DNA from: a virus
Taxonomy: Duplodnaviria > Caudoviricetes
Virus record (IMG/VR): IMGVR_UViG_3300028591_000139
Coordinates: 35,510 to 99,509 of that record
Direction: 5' to 3' (one strand)
DNA: 64,000 nucleotides
Below, in pieces: positions 61,244 through 64,000 of the stretch; within the stretch, counting starts at the first letter, position 1, and each line of letters opens with the position of its first letter. The notes under the pieces were generated by a model, which saw nothing but the letters and a program-made list of their open reading frames with translations, did not search any database and was not told where the DNA came from. Position numbers and translations under genes: made by a program.

Positions 61244-61444
61244 TTAAAAATTCTTATCAATAAGTTCTAGCAGCTTATTCACATCTTTTGTTGGGAGTTT
61301 TGATATTTTCTCTCCCACCCTTGCAAGAAGATTTTTATCAATCTCGCCATTTTGCAAGGCTGTTGAAAACTTATCAATGGTATCAAACTGTTCCTTTGAA
61401 AGCATTGATTTCATTGCTTTTCTAACAAATATATTATCTAACAT
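61244..61444 (-). CDS. Hypothetical protein (start MLDNIF)
   Basis: The upstream extension in the ORF track runs into the TIR; the likely promoter (63054-63061) is now displaced by element 3. Confidence 0.6.
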   Translation of the reverse strand: MLDNIFVRKAMKSMLSKEQFDTIDKFSTALQNGEIDKNLLARVGEKISKLPTKDVNKLLELIDKNF

Positions 61445-61490
61445 ACCTATAATAACAATATTTTTTAAGGGAACTATATACTTGTTGGCA

Positions 61491-61580
61491 CTAAACCAAT
61501 ACAATATATAACTTACTGTTTCATAGGGAAACTAATGTTCTTGCCCTCCACAGTCTTAATCTCGCTTCCCGACGAGCATT
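61491..61580 (-). ncRNA. omega-RNA 3' scaffold plus 22-nt guide (61512-61491)
   Basis: ccctatgaaacagtaa, then gttatatattgtattggtttag, then the TIR. Confidence 0.7.
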
Positions 61581-61595
61581 ATTTTCATTATTTTT

Positions 61596-62723
61596 TTATA
61601 CCCCAACAAGATTCTGCTTGTCAAAGGCAATCTCCTTGATGTTTATTGCAGCGTTAACATCCCTATCAAGATGCTCACCACAAACAGGACAAATCCACTC
61701 ACGGTCTGACAACTGTAACTCTTGGTTGATGTAACCGCACTTGTGGCATAACTTGCTGCTTGGCTCAAATCTGCCAATGAATAATACGTTCTTCCCATAC
61801 CAGTCAGACTTGTATTCAAGTTGTCTGACAAACTCACCCCAAGATGCACCTTGGATTGCCCTTGCAAGGTGATGGTTCTGTTCCATACCCTTTACATTCA
61901 AATCCTCAAGACAAATCACATCGTAATTCCTTACAAGATGGGTTGACAACTTGTGCAAAAAGTCATTACGTTGATTGCTAATGCTTCTATAGCACTTTGC
62001 AACCTTAATCCTCATCTTCTCATGGTTTTTGGAATCTTTCTTAGTCCTCGCAAAATCCCTTTGTAACCAAGCGAGTTTCCTTTGTGCTTGTTCAAGATAC
62101 TTTGGGTTGGTGAACTTTGTACCATCTGAGAGTATTGCATAGTCCTTGATGCCAAGGTCGATTCCAACTGCATTATCCTTAACCAACTTGGCTTTCGTTG
62201 GTTTTGGCTGCAAGTCATCAACCGTTATAACGCACCAATATGTTCCGCAATGGTCTCTACTGACAGTACAAGTGCCTTGTTTACAAGTGCTTTGGTCAAA
62301 GGTTTTATTTTTACATAGTTTAATCCAACCAAGTTTTGGCAGTTTCACTTGCCAATTCTCAAAGTCAAAATGAACTGAATTTATAAATTTTGATGAATCT
62401 TTTGTATGCTTCTTTGACTTAAATCTTGGATACTTACCGTTTTTCCTAAAGAAGTTTGTAAATGCGTTATCAAGGCATCTAAGTGATTGTTGTAACGATT
62501 CATTTGGTGCTTCGTTGAGCCAATTACACTCTTCAGTTTTCTTTAGGGTGGTAAGTTCCCTTGCAAGTTCGACATAACTAACCTTTGTGCCATTTTCCTT
62601 ATATGCTGATGTTCTTTTATTTAGCCCCCAATTATAGATATACCTGCAACATCCGAAGAACTTTTGTAATAGTTCCTCTTGCTGTTGGTTTGGTTTTATT
62701 TTGTATTTATAGGCTTTCAGCAT
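61596..62723 (-). CDS. tnpB: RNA-guided endonuclease TnpB
   Basis: Close paralogue of 47511..48638; D-E-D triad intact; start MLKAYKY. Confidence 0.95.
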   Translation of the reverse strand: MLKAYKYKIKPNQQQEELLQKFFGCCRYIYNWGLNKRTSAYKENGTKVSYVELARELTTLKKTEECNWLNEAPNESLQQSLRCLDNAFTNFFRKNGKYPRFKSKKHTKDSSKFINSVHFDFENWQVKLPKLGWIKLCKNKTFDQSTCKQGTCTVSRDHCGTYWCVITVDDLQPKPTKAKLVKDNAVGIDLGIKDYAILSDGTKFTNPKYLEQAQRKLAWLQRDFARTKKDSKNHEKMRIKVAKCYRSISNQRNDFLHKLSTHLVRNYDVICLEDLNVKGMEQNHHLARAIQGASWGEFVRQLEYKSDWYGKNVLFIGRFEPSSKLCHKCGYINQELQLSDREWICPVCGEHLDRDVNAAINIKEIAFDKQNLVGV

Positions 62724-62849
62724 AATATTCATCAGTTTTCTACTAATAAATATCACGTTAAAGCAGAAAATACCGTTTTTACTCAAACTTTTTTATTAAA
62801 TCTCACTGAAAAGTTTTGTTGTTTCAGTGAGATTTCGTAATTTTGCAAA

Positions 62850-63002
62850 CTGAACTACGCTTGTGTTTTTTTAGTATACGTTTAAAGCGGAAATCACACG
62901 AATTGTGCGGTCAGATGTTAAGTATAGAAATAGGCACAACACAGTTCAAAAAAACATTTTAGTTTCCTCCTTGCCCTTCCAAGTGTGAGGAGGTTTTTGT
63001 TT
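62850..63002 (+). ncRNA. Candidate structured small RNA transcribed divergently from tnpB
   Basis: Promoter TTTG (62815-62818), 19 nt, TAATTTTG (62838-62845); terminator cctcct/aggagg plus T-tract. Confidence 0.55.
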
Positions 63003-63198
63003 ATTGCCAACAAGTATATAGTTCCCTTTTTTAATTATTAAATACGCTTTAAGCAAATATACAAAAAAAACATTAAAAATATAAATTCTTACGGTTAAAT
63101 ATTGTTAAATTGCCTTCTTTTTAATCACTTTAACTCATCGTAAAATTTGAAAACGCATCCATTATGTTTAATTGCTTTATGCTCACAAACGCATCTGA

Positions 63199-63425
63199 CA
63201 GTATGTTAAAACTTGAACAAACTTGTCTGCCCATTATTAACTTCTTGCTTCAACCTACCACTGCTTTTTAGTGCCTCATTACTGAGTCTGTCATCCACAG
63301 TTGGGTAATCCACAAGCGTAAATTCGGTAGTACTGCTACCTATTATTCTTAAACCTTCATCAAGTATGTTTAACGCTGCATTGTAGTCCCTTTCAATTAC
63401 CTCACCACATTGGGGACAAACCGCT
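63199..63425 (-). pseudogene. tnpB: 3' remnant of a second-family tnpB with its omega-RNA/right end
   Basis: Manual translation VCPQCGEVIERDYNAALNILDEGLRIIG; ends ttttaacatactg. Confidence 0.8.
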
Positions 63426-63546
63426 CTTCCTTAATTCCTTAATTTTTAAAATTTCATTTTTATCCATATAGTATAATCGAATTTATATATAAATATCATG
63501 GAAAATATATAAATTCGATTATACTACAATAAATTTAGTAAAAATG

Positions 63547-63619
63547 TTCCCGAGGCAGGGCTCAAACCTGCAACACTCACAGCCAAATTGTGATGCTCTA
63601 TCAATTGCGCTACTCAGGA
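63547..63619 (-). tRNA. tRNA-Gln(UUG), atypical
   Basis: Cloverleaf tcctgag/ctcggga; anticodon arm tcaca-atTTGgc-tgtga; T arm gcagg-tttgagc-cctgc; D and T loops are non-canonical. Confidence 0.65.
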
Positions 63620-63836
63620 ATTAAAAAAAAATTCCCACCAACATTTCTGTTAATGGGAACATAAGAATAAATGTTATGCGAACAACAACTTCAATCATTA
63701 TTGCATTACAAATGAGTACTGACCGTTCCCTTGGCCAATATACTCATCATAGGATTGCTGTTGTCGTATAATATTGTAAATCATAAGGCAATATAAAACT
63801 ATTTTAAATATAAATATCTTTAACATTTAAAAAATG

Positions 63837-63874
63837 TGCGGATACCCGGATTTGAACCGAGACGCGTCTTTCAG
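63837..63874 (-). tRNA. 3' half of a tRNA (probably Leu) abutting a mobile-element end
   Basis: T arm ctcgg-ttcaaat-ccggg, acceptor tatccgc plus A, long variable-arm remainder; the 5' half is not in the window. Confidence 0.6.
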
Positions 63875-64000
63875 CAGTATGTTAAAACTTACACAAAGTT
63901 GAACTTCGTACTTTATTAACTTCTTGCTTCACAGAACCACTACTTTTTAGCGAACTGTTTCCAGTTGGGTCATCCACAGTTGGGTTCTCCACAAGCTTAG
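63875..64000 (-). mobile_element. Right end/omega-RNA of a second-family TnpB element, running off the window
   Basis: Homologous to 63199-63325 with the same ttttaacatactg terminus. Confidence 0.7.

Larger units (their letters stand above)
61469..63026 (-). mobile_element. TIR-bounded non-autonomous TnpB element 3 with an 8-bp target-site duplication
   Basis: Perfect 22-bp inverted ends (61469-61490 and 63005-63026), flanked by ttttttaa on both sides (61461-61468 and 63027-63034). Confidence 0.92.

Noticed and set aside
39936-62723. Nuclease-dead TnpB (TldR-type repressors)
   Set aside because: All three retain the RuvC Asp-Glu-Asp residues.
63772-63789. Gapped near-match to guide 1
   Set aside because: Only 10 contiguous AT-rich bases, and it needs an indel.
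1-64000. Stop-codon reassignment (TAG to Gln, as in Lak megaphages)
   Set aside because: Long genes are intact under the standard code and several end sensibly at TAG (5805, 20397, 41096, 48638).

Overview
AT-rich 64-kb segment of a large (jumbo-type) myovirus. It encodes a contractile tail sheath, neck and baseplate-like proteins, long coiled-coil fibre proteins, BspA-LRR adhesins, a SNF2 helicase, a family B DNA polymerase and a tRNA cluster at the right edge. TTTG-N18-20-TAnnTTTG promoters and a DUF4842/LruC-type lipoprotein point to a Bacteroidota host. The standard genetic code fits. About nine free-standing endonuclease genes are present. Three highlights. (1) Three tnpB genes with intact catalytic residues sit in transposase-less elements bounded by a 22-bp terminal inverted repeat; one copy has an 8-bp target duplication. 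The putative 22-nt guide lies inside the element, between the omega-RNA scaffold and the terminal repeat, instead of coming from flanking DNA. Guides and a divergently transcribed small-RNA cassette appear to be exchanged between copies. (2) polB is broken at catalytic motif C by a naturally split intein, with an endonuclease gene between the halves. (3) A receptor-binding-type protein carries a 27-bp tandem array that varies only at codon positions 1-2. All calls come from reading the sequence by eye; no database searches were run.
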